Notes under the pieces: generated by a model | What the model saw: the letters and a program-made list of their open reading frames with translations, nothing else | What the model was told of the DNA's origin: nothing | The model's database searches: none | Source: Paramicrosporidium saccamoebae KSL3 | Lineage: Eukaryota > Fungi > Cryptomycota | Assembly: GCA_002794465.1 (NCBI GenBank) | Contig: MTSL01000150.1 | Span: 43,254-74,404 of the forward strand | Length of the DNA: 31,151 bases | Reading direction: 5' to 3' | Position numbers and translations under genes: made by a program | Part shown: one piece after another, positions 29,186 to 31,151 of the stretch | How the letters are laid out: each line of letters opens with the position of its first letter | How positions within the stretch are numbered: position 1 is the stretch's first letter

Positions 29186-30844
29186 TTAGAATCTTCTAAA
29201 TATGCCATCAGATGCGTAGAAGTAATCGGCCAGGCTCTTAAAGTGCACGAATGAAAGCTTTGTAAGACCAACAGGGACAGTTTTTCCATGCTTTGTGTAA
29301 ACTTCCTGCATCAAAGTTAAATGTTGTTGCGCCTGAGAGTGATCCGACCACCAAAACTCCATGATGAAAGATCCAATAGCATCATCCCAGTTACCCGTAA
29401 TTAAAAATTTATACTGGACTGCCTTGAATATCAAAGTCATATACTCTCCGTTTGGATCCACAATCAGTCTTCCATGCTCATCATCAATAATACCAAGTAC
29501 TTGTTCTTTTTTGAGAGATTCCAGAAAGCAGTTGGCGAGATCTAGCACTGTCTTTAAAACGACAACTAAACCACGATGACTAAAACAGCAAGACTCGTCC
29601 AGTTGTAGAGGATAGTGGTGCAATTCAATACTTTTTAGTAGGGTTGTCACGGATTCTAGGTCACACATCTCATCGCGCAACACTAGCCTCGTGCCACTTT
29701 CTGGAAATACGTGTGCAGATTGCCACCGAATATACCTGGATTCAAAAGGCTCACTGCGATAAATGTTATTGGGATAAAACCTGATGAGACTCAAAAACAA
29801 GTGTACCCACTCCCTCTTTGGCAAATCGGGGCACCGACCTAACAGCTTCCCCATGGGATGCTCCAAGATACGTCGAATAGACATTGGAGCAATTTCGTGT
29901 GGCTCAAAGTTTTGCAGTGCTCGGGTCAGCATTTTACAGATATTACTCAGCTTTGTAATTCCAAGCAGTGCATACAAGGTGTCCATATACCACATGGACG
30001 CCTCCTTTCGATCCTGCACCGTCTTTAACGCCTCAAGCAGTTCCTCTGACAAGACATGAATATCTCCGACCCGCTTAGTCGTGGCGATTGTGGCTAGCAT
30101 CGATAATAGTGGGTGTCCCACTGACGCAATGCCCATCAAAATTAGATCAGGGTTGATTGAAGTACAAGAGGTCATCAGCAAATGCCATAGTCTCAGGCTG
30201 TAGATAGATGACATGTCGTCCCTTATATATCCAGGCTGAATTTTACGGCAGAGTTCCGTGTATAGAAACCAATCCAGCTCATTATTCGTCGAATCGTGGG
30301 ATATAAATTTCCATCTATGAAAGTCGGGCGATTCAAAGTAACCTGAAGGCAGATATTCATGCCAATGCTTGCCAATACTTTTCATCAAATCGAGCTCGGT
30401 GAACGTGTTATCCTGCTGCAGATCTCTCGCCCGGATTATGCCGGAAAAGCCCTGATGAAACTGTTGCTTTTCGATCTTTGCGACCACGCTGGCATAGACG
30501 TGGGATGAATAGTCGAAATTCCAGAAGACTGAATGTATATTCGAGTCGTCCTGAATGGAAACTAGTAGATTTACCACCCATTCTTCGTTGAATTCAGAAA
30601 GGGGGAGCATGGCGAATTGTGGAATGCACATGAATTTAACTAAAAGTGCCACAGATGCTGGCTCATCAGCGTTGATACTTTCTACTGCCACTTTCAACTC
30701 ATCCAAGCCAATTTTCCACATAAACTCGTTTAGCGGGCCGCTAATCAGCAACATTGTAGCTGGCTTCCACCAAGCCAACGCCAAAAGGATCAAAACTAAC
30801 ATTGTATGTGTGGGAGGTAGTGTACAGCGAACCAGGGAATTCAA
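29186..30844 (-). CDS. Hypothetical 552-aa protein with signal peptide-like N-terminus
   Basis: Intronless long ORF; MLVLILLALAWWKPAT hydrophobic leader (alternative ATG about 30802). No family recognised. Confidence 0.8.
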   Translation of the reverse strand: MNSLVRCTLPPTHTMLVLILLALAWWKPATMLLISGPLNEFMWKIGLDELKVAVESINADEPASVALLVKFMCIPQFAMLPLSEFNEEWVVNLLVSIQDDSNIHSVFWNFDYSSHVYASVVAKIEKQQFHQGFSGIIRARDLQQDNTFTELDLMKSIGKHWHEYLPSGYFESPDFHRWKFISHDSTNNELDWFLYTELCRKIQPGYIRDDMSSIYSLRLWHLLMTSCTSINPDLILMGIASVGHPLLSMLATIATTKRVGDIHVLSEELLEALKTVQDRKEASMWYMDTLYALLGITKLSNICKMLTRALQNFEPHEIAPMSIRRILEHPMGKLLGRCPDLPKREWVHLFLSLIRFYPNNIYRSEPFESRYIRWQSAHVFPESGTRLVLRDEMCDLESVTTLLKSIELHHYPLQLDESCCFSHRGLVVVLKTVLDLANCFLESLKKEQVLGIIDDEHGRLIVDPNGEYMTLIFKAVQYKFLITGNWDDAIGSFIMEFWWSDHSQAQQHLTLMQEVYTKHGKTVPVGLTKLSFVHFKSLADYFYASDGIFRRF

Positions 30845-30934
30845 TTAATGAATCTTAACGTTCAATCTAGTTTATATTGCGAGGGTTGCGCTTGCAGTTG
30901 TAGTAGAGCCTATTTATTGGGATCATCGTTTCAC

Positions 30935-31020
30935 TATATACTCTCTCGTAGGAGCAATAAAGACTCTTTATTAAAATTTTTGCTCCGTTATATACTTTCT
31001 CAGAGGAGCAGTAAAGGTCC
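30935..31020 (+). repeat. Two imperfect direct copies at 54-bp spacing, with a nested hairpin
   Basis: tatatactctctcgtaggagcaataaagactc (30935) versus tatatactttctcagaggagcagtaaaggtcc (30989). Hairpin AATAAAG-act-CTTTATT is enclosed by GGAGCA...TGCTCC. Confidence 0.7.
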
Positions 31021-31092
31021 TGTTAAACAGTGTCCGCATATCATTGATAAATCCGACTCAGATAGCGGTTTCACAAGCCATTCCAATCATAT

Positions 31093-31128
31093 TGTCGCAT
31101 AGTGGGGATAATACCACGGACTTTGTCA
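31093..31128 (+). repeat. 36-bp dispersed element, copy 2
   Basis: TGTCGCATAGTGGGGATAATACCACGGACTTTGTCA, 33/36 identical to the reverse complement of 4223-4258. Confidence 0.9.
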
Positions 31129-31151
31129 GGCGGAAAGAGACGAGATGGGAC

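Noticed and set aside
4223-31128. The two inverted 36-bp copies as terminal inverted repeats of one 27-kb transposon
   Set aside because: No target-site duplication, no transposase, and the enclosed DNA is ordinary housekeeping genes.

Overview
Eukaryotic nuclear DNA from a very compact, fungus-related genome. The fungal assignment is inferred from a copper-fist factor, Bsd2, an SPX-ankyrin-GDPD Gde1 and a chitin deacetylase. The compaction plus retained mitochondrial and peroxisomal genes suggests a Rozellomycota/early-microsporidian-like lineage, but this cannot be proved from the window. I reconstructed about 28 protein-coding genes by hand. Most are housekeeping genes: MAP1, mL40, TFC1, SPC24, cystinosin, Lon, an amidase, SWS1, RCL1, PEX19, NAF1, ERO1, CMC1, COQ4, mt EF-Ts, CDA, RPT2, a CDC20-like gene, BSD2, PP2A-C and GDE1. 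Many are split by about 40 very short GT-AG introns (28-39 nt), which explains the fragmented ORF track. Intergenic gaps are often under 60 bp. I found no supported rRNA, tRNA, CRISPR array or transposase, and no clear multi-gene novel system. The most notable observations: a complete CMC1 gene absent from the ORF track, head-to-head with COQ4 with 15 bp between start codons; a 36-bp element present twice 27 kb apart, one copy just upstream of the TFIIIC subunit gene TFC1; a minimal copper-fist protein; PP2A-C ending IPDYFV instead of TPDYFL; a CDC20-family protein without the IR tail; a triplicated GDE1 3' end with mostly synonymous differences; and several orphan genes.
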